Assembly: GCA_028534125.1 (NCBI GenBank)
Contig: CM052816.1
Coordinates: forward strand, 8,372,001 to 8,436,000
DNA: 64,000 bases
Direction: 5' to 3'
Origin: Lama glama
Lineage: Eukaryota
Of this stretch, positions 49,101 to 61,100 are shown piece after piece. Position numbers and translations under genes: made by a program. The notes below the pieces were generated by a model, which saw nothing but the letters and a program-made list of their open reading frames with translations, was not told the DNA's origin and made no database searches. Positions within the stretch are counted from its first letter, which is position 1, and each line of letters opens with the position of its first letter.

Positions 49101-52100
49101 CTGTAAGGTGCTAGACTGCAAGCTTCACGCACTATCTTTTTCAGTCTGTATGGTCAGCCATTGAGGATAAGGTTTTTTTAATACTCAAGATTTTTCAGAG
49201 CAGAGAATGGACATGAGGTGACCATGCCCACGGTCAAACAGAAGTTTGGGACAGAGTCACAACCAGAACTAAATTCTCTGACCACCAGAACAGAAATATT
49301 TCTACAAGACACCTTAATAAGGCTTCTCTTTCCAAATCTAGTATCCAAGATTGGATACTAGGTTGGTTAACATCGCCCGCAGACTGTATCAGCAAGTCGC
49401 TATAGTAACTGCAAGACTCTATAATAAATCAGTGTCTCCAGGCCTTGGTATTTCAACAACAGGAACCATTAATTGGGCTCTGCAGCCTCTCTCAGGAACG
49501 CTCTAAGGACATGGGACAAAACAAACATAGGGCATTTTCCAAGATGCTATTCTAAACACAATCCTATAATACATAAACACATTGGTTTACCCCATAGCCT
49601 TTTTAGGAGCAGGGAGTGAACTGGAGGTGCTGGTCCCCTCGGCTGGCAGTGGCATGTCTAGTCCAGGACTGTCACTCTCAGTTGTCCCCAGAGAGACCTG
49701 AGGCTGCACACCACTCTTGATCACCGGTGTCTTAGTGACTGCTGTACCACGATTCCCAGGAGTTTCCTTGACCAAAACATGGGCATCTGAGATGATCACT
49801 TCCTCCCACTCATTCTCCTCACCCACTTCTCTTGGAGGAGCTACACTTAGGAGCTGGCTTACAGCTTCTGAGTTCTCCAGAGTCAGTTTCGAAGCATTTT
49901 CCTTAGGGGAATTCTGCTCAGTGGTGACAGGCTGCTGACTTCTTTTAACCACAGAGCCTTTGGAGGAGCTGCCAGAAGCCAATTCCACTTTGACTTTAGT
50001 TGGCTTTTCCTAGAAAAAATAAGAATACCTTTTATGCCTCTGGCATTTCACAGCTGACAACACATTCATAAATACTCTCTCATTTGATCCTCATGACGGT
50101 AACATATGGGCAACAAATAAGAAGCTGAGGCCAAGAAAGGAAGACCCTAACTTAAGGTCCCAAGTATAAAACTTTCTGAATCTAAGTCTTCTGACTCCAA
50201 GCCCCTTTCATCATAGCATTCAAGGTCTGAGTTAGGATAAAACTGTTCTCCTAACAAATTTCTTAATGTCTCTTTAGATTTCAGCAAACCAATGCTGACA
50301 TTTTGTACCTTGACCTTTGATTATTCAAAGCCTATTTCTCTATGTCTGGAAAGAGGATGACATACTGCCATACTGGACCCGGAAGTCCTAAGATGTTTAC
50401 TTTGATGGTCCCTTTATGAGATTTACTTAATCCCAATGTAGTCACAATCTCACATGAACAGACAATGCTTCCAACTCCACTAAGCAAAACTCCTATCTAT
50501 TGTTTCAGATTCTTTCAGTTGAGTCCTAAAAGTCACTGTAAAGTTGGTTTACACATATGCCACAAACTTCTCACTGGGTCAAATTAGCTCAGACATGATT
50601 ACAGTATGTAATCATACATATTAATTAAGTGCTGGAAAATATTTAAACTCACTAAAAATATCAGCTGCTATCTCAGACAGACTGGACTTTCACAAACATA
50701 TATCTACACACACACATACAATTAAAACTTTTTTTTTTAAACACTGGTTGTCTTCGGGATAGGTCTCAAAGGCTTTTTTTTGTCCATATGAATAGAAAAA
50801 AGGCACTAAAAACTAGAAGACAAAACACAAAAGCAAGGTTCTCTCTAGGCTCTGTTTCACACCTAACTACTTACGTTCCCATTATGGAATAGGAGAGCTC
50901 TGTGTCTGTCAGCAGCAAGACCTTTTGGGCAGCCCAATTCTTCAAATGAAGGGGCAGGATCCCCCTGTACTTTGCAGGAGGTTTAGCATTTGCGGCCCAT
51001 GCCATGACATTTCAGTATTAACCCTCAGTCACCGACTAACTACCAAAAAGCCCTTCCATTTTGACAGCCCCCCAGAGAACATGCTGTCTCTGGTTAAGAA
51101 CCTACAGAGACAACCTTAAGAAATCTCCAATATAGCATTCTCAGACTCTAACACACAATAACAGCCCATGAGGACAAGAAGAATTTCAAGTAAACTGCAC
51201 TGAGCTTACTTTATTGACTGCTGAAGAGGAAAGAGTCAGCAGGAAAACAAGAGACAAGTTAAACTAATCCTCCGGGACAAGATCTTTGAGCAAAAGATTA
51301 CCCACCAAATAGACTATATAGACAAAAATTCTTTGCAGGAAGACTGTATAATTTAAGCAATCAGAGTGAAAAACTCTAGCTGCTGATCTCACATTTCCTA
51401 ACTCAGCCTACCCTTTTTCAATGTCACTTTCTTTCAGGATAGAAGGCAAAATACTACCAATGGATCGCTCAGGGACCTCAATTACTGCTATCAGAGAGCC
51501 CACAGGAGTGAGGCCTTGAGCTAAAGACCCTTCTATACCACCTTTTGTTCCACCCAACTCACTGGGAATTGTGCCACATGTTTCTTGGACTAAATTTAGC
51601 CAGTATAAACTCTAGAACAATGTAAGAAAAGGTGAGTCATTTCCTGACTGGCATGGACACATTTGGAGCTTTTAGAAACTATTTATACTTGCTGCTTCAG
51701 AAATCAGAACTCAAGAAATTTTAAGATTCTGCAGCTAAATAGCACAGCAATGCCTGAGAAGTGTGGTTTAGTAGAAAAGGCGCTGGCATAATTAGCTATG
51801 TGAACGTAACAAGTCACTTCTCTTGAATCTATTTATCCTCAGCTGAAAACTTGGGAGCTGAACTAGCTAATAACCAAAGTCATTTTTATCTCTAAAATAT
51901 TAAGTGCACCAATGGTAAAATGTTACCCTTTTCCTTCTCACATCCACTTATTCTGCTCCTATGAGATTTAGAAATCACAGTATTTAACATGGTAATTCTG
52001 GGAAAAAACCTTTAGGGGAAAAAATTATGACTTAGCAAGTCAAGATGGGGGACAAGTAGCTAAGAAAAAAAAAATGTTTTCATGTCATGAATTTGACCTC

Positions 52101-55100
52101 AGAAAAAGAATGGCTCAAAAGTTATTTCAATCAAAGAGGGGAAAAAGACGTAAAATGAAAAAGAAAGGCAAAGTAAAAACAGAACCTGAAGGAGACAAGG
52201 ATTGATTCGGCTCTTTCATGCAAAAGCACAGGAAATAAGGTCATCTGACAGACCTGCTGTACATCAGCGAGCAGGGGCCAAGGAAGACCCCAACTACTAC
52301 CTAGCTCAACCTTCCCACTGCAGCTAGGGAAGTACATTCTGGGGAGAATAATCAGGGTGGGAATAAAATGAACGGCTTACTATATAGCACGGGAAAATAC
52401 ATCCAATATCTTGTAGTAGCTCACCGTGAAAAAGAATATGAAAATGAATATATGCATATTCATGTATGGCTGAAGAACTGCGCTGTACACCAGAAACTGA
52501 CACAACATTGCAAACTGACTATAACTCACTAAAAAATAAAGAAAGAAAGAAAGAAAAAAAGAAAGAGAGAGAGAGAACAAAAACAAAACAAAAAAACAAA
52601 AAAAGACAACAACAAAAAAAGAACGGCTTCACAGCGGCACACAAGAAACTCTCAACACTAGGCACTAGGTCCTTCCTGACCCTTGGAGAGTTAACTTTAA
52701 TAGAAATAATACAGACAATAATTATACTGTGGTCAACAATGGGAGCAGTGAACCCCTACTGAGGATTTAATACACAATACATCGGGAGTGTGCCATCCAC
52801 TTCGCAAGGATAATTTCATTTGACACCTCCAATAACCCTAATGAAGTAGGCACTACTAATCAAGAACAGAAACATAAAATGACTTGCCAAAGGTTACAAA
52901 GCTAAATACTCGACAAGCAGGGGTATGAACTAAGGAAGCTGACTCCTAAATTATATTCTTAATTATTAACCTATTGTGTCTCCTTGGTGCTATCCTGAAC
53001 TCCAACACTCAGCCAGGGGGCAAAAGTCTCCATCCTAGTATTTTTCAGAGATGTTCTGTGGAAACTGCCTCAGAGGAACTTACTAGGTATGCTGTTACAT
53101 AAAGTTTTCTCTACAGAAATAAAGTACAGACCATGCTGAGTTAAACATGAGACACACAATCCTAAGATACCTTCACAAAAACAACACCTTCTCTTCATTT
53201 TCTACCTACCCAAATTCCATTGATCTTTCAAGACCATCTAGACCACCTCCTCTATAAAACCATCCCTGACTATTCTAGTTCTTTGGCCCTAAGTAATTTA
53301 TAGCCTCGTATCAAAAATGTGGCAAGTATGTATGCTTTATATAGTCAGTCTATGTAACAGGTAACAAAAAAACACGTGTTGAAATGAACTTCACAGGGGC
53401 ATAGCTCTAATGCTCATTTATTGAGCACCATTTGCTTAGAGAGAGAGGTACACATTTGGAAAGTTAGAGTCAGACTATGGCAGATCCTGCATATCAGGTT
53501 AAGGACCTCCACTTTACTAATAGGAGCTATAGGAGATTAAGAGGACTTTGAGCTATGGAGTGAGAAGATGTGCACTGTGCATGTGAATAAATAAGCACTC
53601 AGAGGAAGGGTTAATTGTTAAAAATTTAACCCTAATAAATTAACTTGGTGTAGTCATTCATGGTAAGTTATGAGGCAACTGAAGATAATGTTTTTGAAGA
53701 CTATTTAATGGCATGGATATATTAAACAAACAAACAAAAAAACAAACCCAAGGTACAGAACTTGTATAGTCATAGAGAAAGACTGGAAGAAAATATACAG
53801 AAATGTTAACTAATAATGGCCTTTCTCTGGATGGTATAAGACTATGGATAACATTTTCTTCTTTTTTGAAACAGTCTACAATGAAAATGACTTACTTGTA
53901 TCATCAGAAAATGTAAAGGAATATTAATTTAAGTCATCTGTTCTAAAGCGGAACAGGAGGCCTGCTTTGTGAGACTTTCAAAGCAGTGATGGACAATGAA
54001 CTTTTACCTTTGGGATCCACTTCCCTCCTAGGAAGTTACCACAGGTAGGGCACTTAGGTGGTTTGTGCCTGGTGACATATGTAAAGGAGCAACCTGGGCT
54101 GGTGCATGTCCCATGGCCCCGTCGGGTGTATGTAGTAGTCTGTTTGAAAAAAAAAAAAAAGAGCAGGTCAGATTCAACACCAGTCTAACCTCTCTCAGAT
54201 CCTAATGACCATTATAACCACAACAATGCCAGGATGCTAGCTTGTAAAAGGTTAGCCAAGTCATGGTATTTCAAAAGGTCAGAATTGGAAAGGACCTAAG
54301 ATACAACTAGTTCACTTTTTAGAAATGGAGAAAGTGAATTCAAATGAAGACAGCTGCTTAAGGTTAGAGTTAGGTACCAGAAAAATATAGACAATAATAA
54401 TTGATATTAATTGAAGTACCGCACAGTGCTAAACACTTTATCAGTGTCTCATCTAATGCTCTCAGCAACGCTGTGAAGTAGGTATTATTACTACTGAGGT
54501 TCAGAGTGCTTAAATGCTTTTCCTCAAATTGTGTAGTGACTCAAAGGCAGAGCTTGACCTAGAACACAGATCTTTTTGATTTCTGTTTCAAGATTCCTTC
54601 CACACATCCAGCTACACCCTGTGGCTTTGAATATTCCAAAGTATTCATCATCACTCCTGTTAAAAACCAGAGAACCTAGGACTTAGGGTTCAAAGATACA
54701 AGAACAGGTCATGGTCACTAAAAAATGAGAGGTAACTTGAGTTGAGTCCTCTGACTCAAAAGAATTTGATTATTTGCATACAAATATCAGCCACTGGCTC
54801 TCACCATCTACAATGATTTTCCTTTGAAGAGAATGTATTACATTTCCGCTACAAGTAGAATTAGCCATGCTCCATTTCTTGATTAATGCTGGGAAAAAAA
54901 TATTGTCAGATTGGTTCTGTCACTTGTGAACAGTTTACTCAGCTTTTAATCCCAGCTTCCCTAGCTTGGCTAAAAAGCAAAAATCTCCCTCCGGTAAACA
55001 CTAAGCTGCCACTAGGCTTCTTCCGGCCAGAACATGTAAGGAAAAGGTGATTTTGATAGTTGTACCAGGTCAAGGATGAATGTGAAGTGGTGTGGCACCA

Positions 55101-58100
55101 AGAAAGAGACCAGGGTTCGGGTTCCAATTTTGTCACTGATACAATGAATGACCTGGGGGTAAGTCATTTTAGCTCTTGGGCCCTTTGTTTCCTGTTTTGT
55201 AAAATCACCTGTCCTTTCTGCTTAATGGATATACCTTGAGGAGCAAAGAATTTGCAAGAGACTATTATTAATGGGATAGAAAACACTGTATCTTATCTTC
55301 TCTCAGACTGTGGCCCTGCAAAGAATATTCATTATGAATACCCACCCAGAAAGCAGAGTAAAGTTACTTCTATAAATAAATTACCATGAACTTGGAAATA
55401 CTCCTTAACAGTAGCTTATAGAAATTTTAGAAAACAATGCTAGTGTTTATGGCTGATGTTGCATTCTTTAGTATTTCTAGAATAGCCTGGCTGACACGTA
55501 TTAGATCATAAGAGAATAGTAATTTCCAGAAGAGGAAAGGCTCAGGAGAAATCATTTGTTTCTCCATGAATCATGTTACAGTGGTAGTTCCTATTTAAGA
55601 TACTACAGCTTTCTTATCTAAGAATATATTATTTATCCATAGCAAGGATTTTAGTAGATAGACTGTGACAAGGTGAAGATGTGTACTACTAATCCTAAAA
55701 AATGCCACTACAATAACAAGACAAGTTAATAGCCCACAGACAATAAAAGAGATAAAAGGGATTCATAAAAAATAATTCAAAAGAAAACATAACAAAACAA
55801 TAGGACCAAAGCAACAGCAACAATAATGACAAATAGTAATATGATAGATTTAAACCAAANNNNNNNNNNNNNNNNNNNNNNNNNNNNNNNNNNNNNNNNN
55901 NNNNNNNNNNNNNNNNNNNNNNNNNNNNNNNNNNNNNNNNNNNNNNNNNNNNNNNNNNNAGGATGGAAAAAGATACACCTTGTTAATAATCAAAAAAAAG
56001 CTTGGGTTTGACACAACATTGTGGAATGATTATGAGTCAATAAAAAATGTCAAAAAAAAAACAAACATAAAATAGGGGTAGGGTAATAGCTCCGTGGTAG
56101 AATATGTGCTTAGCATGCACAAGGTCCTGGGTTCAATTCTCTGTACCTCCATTAAAAAAATTTTTTTAATTAAAAAAAGTTTATACATAAAATAGATATA
56201 TTGGCCAATAAATGCACTATATTCTTGAATTAACCAAAAAAAAAAAAAAAAAGCTTGGTATCAGACTAAGTAGATTGCACAGGCGAGAATAATGCCAGAT
56301 AAAGGTCAAGTCATACCAAAGAAGTGATGAGTTTATCAAGAGGATTTAACAACTATAAATGTTTATGTACTTAGTCAAAATATTTGACACAAAAACTAAC
56401 AGAACTACAAAAAGGAACAGATAAATCTACAATGATAGATTGTGGATGCTTTCTCTCAGTAATTGACAGAAATAGACATAAAATGAGGAGATACAAAACT
56501 ATTGAACACTATCAATCAACTTGACCTAATCTGAAACGTACAGAACATTCTACCCAGTAGTAGATATACACATTCTTTCCAACTGCACATAGAACATTTA
56601 TCAAAACAAAAACATATTCTGAGCTATAAAATAAGTCACAGTTTAAAAGGATTCATGTCTTATGAACTACAAAGTTCTGAACACAATGGGATTAAACCAG
56701 AAATCAATAAATAAAGGTATCTGGAAGTAATACACTTCTAAACAACCCATGGGTAAAAAAGGAAATTAAAAAGTATTTCAAACTAAATGAAAATAAAAAC
56801 ATACCATACCAAAACTTGTGGGACACCACTAAAGCAGTGCTTAGAGGGAAATTAATCTCTAAGCAGCTATATTAGTAAAGATCTCAAATCAATGTCCTTA
56901 CCTTCTACCTTATGAAACTAGAAAAGAGCAAATTAAACCCAAAGTAAGCAGGAGAATGATAGCGATCAAGGCAGAAAGGAGTGAAACAGTACACAGGAAA
57001 ACAAGAGAGAAGTCAAAGAAACCAAAAGCAGGTTCTTTAAGAAGATCAATAAAATCAATAACCTTTAGCCAGGTTTATCAGGAAAAGACGACCCAAATTA
57101 CCAGTATCAGTAAAAGGAGAAGTAAAATCAGTACACATTCTATAGATATTAAAAGGATAACGGTTCCTGAAAACTTTAAACATAGAACTACCAGATGATC
57201 CAGCATTTCTACTCTTAGCTATATACCCAAAAGAAATGAAAGCAGGGTCTCAAACAGATATGTGTACACCAAGTTCATAGCAGCTCTGTTCACAACAGCC
57301 AAAAGGTAAAAATAAACCAAATGGCCACCAATGTTTATAAATGGATAAACAAAATGTAGTATATACACACAATGGACTGAATACAATTCAGCCATAAAAA
57401 GGAATTCTGATACTACACAAGATATACGAACCTTGAACACATTATGCTAAGCGAAAAAGTCAGACCAAAAAGATATTATTTGCATGATTCCATTTGCTTA
57501 AGGGACCTAGAATATACAAATTCTGAGACAGAAAGTAAAACAGATGTTACCAGGGCCTGGAGGTGTAAAGGGAGTAGGAATGAGAAGTTACTGTTTAATA
57601 CGTACTGAGTTTCAGTTTGTGATGATGAAACAATTCTGAAAATGGATAATGGTAATGATGTACAGCACCATGAATGTATTTAACAGCAGTGAATTGTACA
57701 CTTAAAAATGATTAAAAAGATAAACTTTATATTATATGTATTTTACCAGTTTCTTAAAAAAATAAGGGACTGTTTTGAACAATTTTATGCCAATAAAGTT
57801 GATAACTTAGATGAAATGGACAAATTTCCTGAAAGACAAACTATCAAAGCTCACCCAAAAATACATAATCTGAATAATTCTGGAGATGCAGTTATAAAGC
57901 TTCACATGAAGAATCTCCAGACCCAAATGAGTTCACTGGTAATTCTACCAAACATTTAAGGAAGAAGGCCAATACTACACAAAGCTCATCCAGAAAACCG
58001 AAAAGCAGAAAATATTTCCCAACTCATTCTATGAGGTAAGCATTACCTTAATACTAAAATCAGACACTGTACAAGAAAATGAGACCAATATTCCTCATGA

Positions 58101-61100
58101 ATATACAAAAATTCTGAACAAAATTTTCAAGTCAAATCAAATCCAATAATATATTAGAAGGATAATACATCAATGCCAAATGGGATTTATCCCCAGAATA
58201 CAGAGTTGATTTTAAATTTGAGAAATAATATTAATCATATTAACAAGCTAAAAAAAGAAAAAAACAATCATCTCAAAAGGTACACACAAAAAATTTTAAC
58301 AAAATCCAACATCCATTCCTGATAAAAGCTGCTAGCAAAGGGAGCTTCCTAAACATAGGGTACCTATATGATGAAAGACTCAATACTTTCCCCCTAAGAT
58401 GAGGAACAAGACAAAGATGTCTGCTCTCACCACTTCTATTTAACACTGTACTGGAGGTCCTAAACAGTGTAATAAGACAAGAGAAAGAAATAAGGAATCC
58501 AAATCAGAAAGGAAAAAATAAAACTGTCTTATTCACATATAACATGATCATCTATATAGAAAATGCAGCCAAATTTACAAAAACACATGAATTTAATAAA
58601 GTTACATGATACAAATTTAATGCGCAACAAATCAACTGTATTACTATATACTAACAGCAAACAATCAAATATTGAAAATTGTTTTAAAATACCATTTATG
58701 TTATCCTAAAGAAACATGAAATATTTAGGAATAAATCTCAGTCTACATGCTGCAGTGTGTGATGGGAAAAACACTGAGCATCAAAAGACCTGGGTCCTCA
58801 TTCTGGCTTGTCTTGTAGCCCAATAGTCTTGAATCATATAAAGAACACGTTCTTTCTCTTCTCTGGGTCTTTTTCCTAATCTGCACAGTAACAGGACTGA
58901 ATTACATCAGCGGCCCCTCAATTTTTCTAAATCATGTATGCTTCTGAAAATTTGATAAAAGCCATGGAACCTATCCCAAGAAAACATTCTCAAGGAGAAA
59001 AGTCTATGTAACTTGAAGAGTTCATGGATCCTGTCGGGCTCCATTCAGACCCTCCTCCACTCCCTTATCCCGAATTAAGAATACATGGACCAGATAATCT
59101 CTGAGATCTTTGCCAGTCCCAGTGTCCTAAGGATAGGACCTTTAGAAAACTACTTGGGAGAGAATTCTTATGCCTTCATCTACACCAATTCCCCACACAC
59201 TGACCAGTTTGATGGAGGTGGGGTTCTCCACAACCGAGTAAGCAGGAAGAGGCAACATGATGAACTGTGTGGCTGGCGCAGAGGAGTTACTCTCACTGGA
59301 ATCCTGTGAGTGCATGGAGAGAAGGCAGATTTATTACGATGGAGTGAATGCATCAAGGCCACCCGCAACAATGAAAGACCAATCAAGTCCAAAAATCATG
59401 TGCTTATCCAATAGGTGCACCAAAAAAACCCCAAAAAACAAAAAACTACAATTATCTCAAAATATAAGTTTAATTAAGAACAGAGATAGAAAAAAAATTA
59501 CCACAGGGAATATGCTATCCTCATTTTACAGATGAGAAAACAGAGGTTCTTAGGAGACCTAGGACTCCTAAGATCACATAAGCAGTTAGTGGAAGGACCC
59601 AATTCTTCTGGCCCTGTCATATGTTCTTAGCAACCCACAATCTGCCTTAACCAGGCCAGTGGCATGCTTCATTACCATACCCAGCACTGAGGCAACAAAT
59701 AATAGAATAGATTTAAGCCTGACACGGAATCCTTTGCAGGGGTACTGCTCTCATCCGTCCAGACAACAGGGGCTGCAGCATGCTGGTCCACTCAGTCTGA
59801 GCAGAACAACTCCTACTTCTCTGAGAATGCCATCCTACCCAGGGTAATAGAGGGCAGGTGGCAGCTCCCACCCCCCAATTCTGGAGACCAGGCTGTAGAA
59901 TCACTAAAAATGCTCTTTTTCCTCAACTGGGCATGACACAAAAGCCACTGGGGGAAAGAGCTCCCTCTTCTTTCTCAGCTATTAGTACCATCAACCTGGC
60001 CTTAAATAGAACTTTCTTCTTCCTAATTACTCTGAGCCCAGTAAGACCATCTGAGAATTCTCCTGAACAGTTCAAGGTGCCACTGTGTTTGTTGAAACAA
60101 TCTTCAGGGAACATAAAATCCTAACTAACACTAACAGCCTGAAAGATCTTGGCTTTGACTCATGGATAGCCCAAATATGATTCCTGTCCCTCCTGCTAAT
60201 TAACATCCCTTATCTCGTGTAGAGAAAATACTGGCTATACTGGGCACAAGGAGTTGGTGAGTGTGCCTAAGAAACTGAAGAGAACTTTGGACCAAGTCCA
60301 AACGCAGAAAGCTGCAGTCCAACTAGAAGTGCCATACCAGGTTTCTTAATTACCACTGCCCCAGAATCACACTGCATGGTGCTAACTGCCTTTTTAGCAA
60401 TTCTAGATAAAGCAAAAAACATCAGTACCAGTCACTTACCCTCATGACTGTCACCACTGACATGCTCTCCCCCACCTGGGGGTGGGGCACAGCCAGGCTC
60501 CCAGTGGGGAGGTCTGGTGAGCCATTCACTAAGGTCTCTTCAATCACGAGGCTTGTCTGGTAAGGTTGATGGCTCTCCCCTACCTCCAGGGAAGCCTCGT
60601 TCAGGAGCACATCCTGGCTGAGGATCTCTGAGGTGGCGATCTCCTGTACAGCACCTGGCTGGGCAAGAGCTCCCACATCCTCCGCTAAGGCCTCCACAGC
60701 CAGGCACTGTTCTGCCACGCCTGCATGGCTGGGCACTGTCTCCAGGGCAGTGTTGGATACAAGAGATGGTCCTTTAGGGGACATCTGGTTCTGGGCCACG
60801 CACAGCTCTAGCTGAGGGCAGCTCCGATCCTCCTGCAGGCTGCTCTTGGGGATGATGATGTAATCTGAGCGGGGGAGGATCTTGCGGAAACCTGGGATGT
60901 CCGGAACCACAGCGGTCAGTGCAGAGAGCTTAGAGTTCTGAGGATGAAAAAGCCAGGTTGGGGAAACAAGCAGAGATAAATGGAGTAAGACCACATGGAT
61001 ATACACTTATAAGCTCTTTTTTTTTTTCCTGCAGGGGGACCAGAAAGACTCCATTCTCTTGACCTAAGACTTAGATAGGCTCAGCGTCTGTGAACAGCAA

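Larger units (their letters stand above)
55620..58745 (+). mobile_element. Old L1 ORF2 (endonuclease to RT) with nested insertions, including an L1 3' end at ~57160-57760
   Basis: ggatggaaaaagata..., aaaacttgtgggacaccactaaagcagtgcttagagggaaa, [14 protein letters not shown]. Interrupted by a 100-N gap and younger inserts. Confidence 0.88.

Noticed and set aside
56076..56155. tRNA-like A and B boxes
   Set aside because: SINE head with an A-rich tail and target-site duplication; not a tRNA gene.
59923..60114. - strand ORF as a possible extra HMGXB3 exon
   Set aside because: The flanking exons already join in frame, and the peptide has no recognisable homology.
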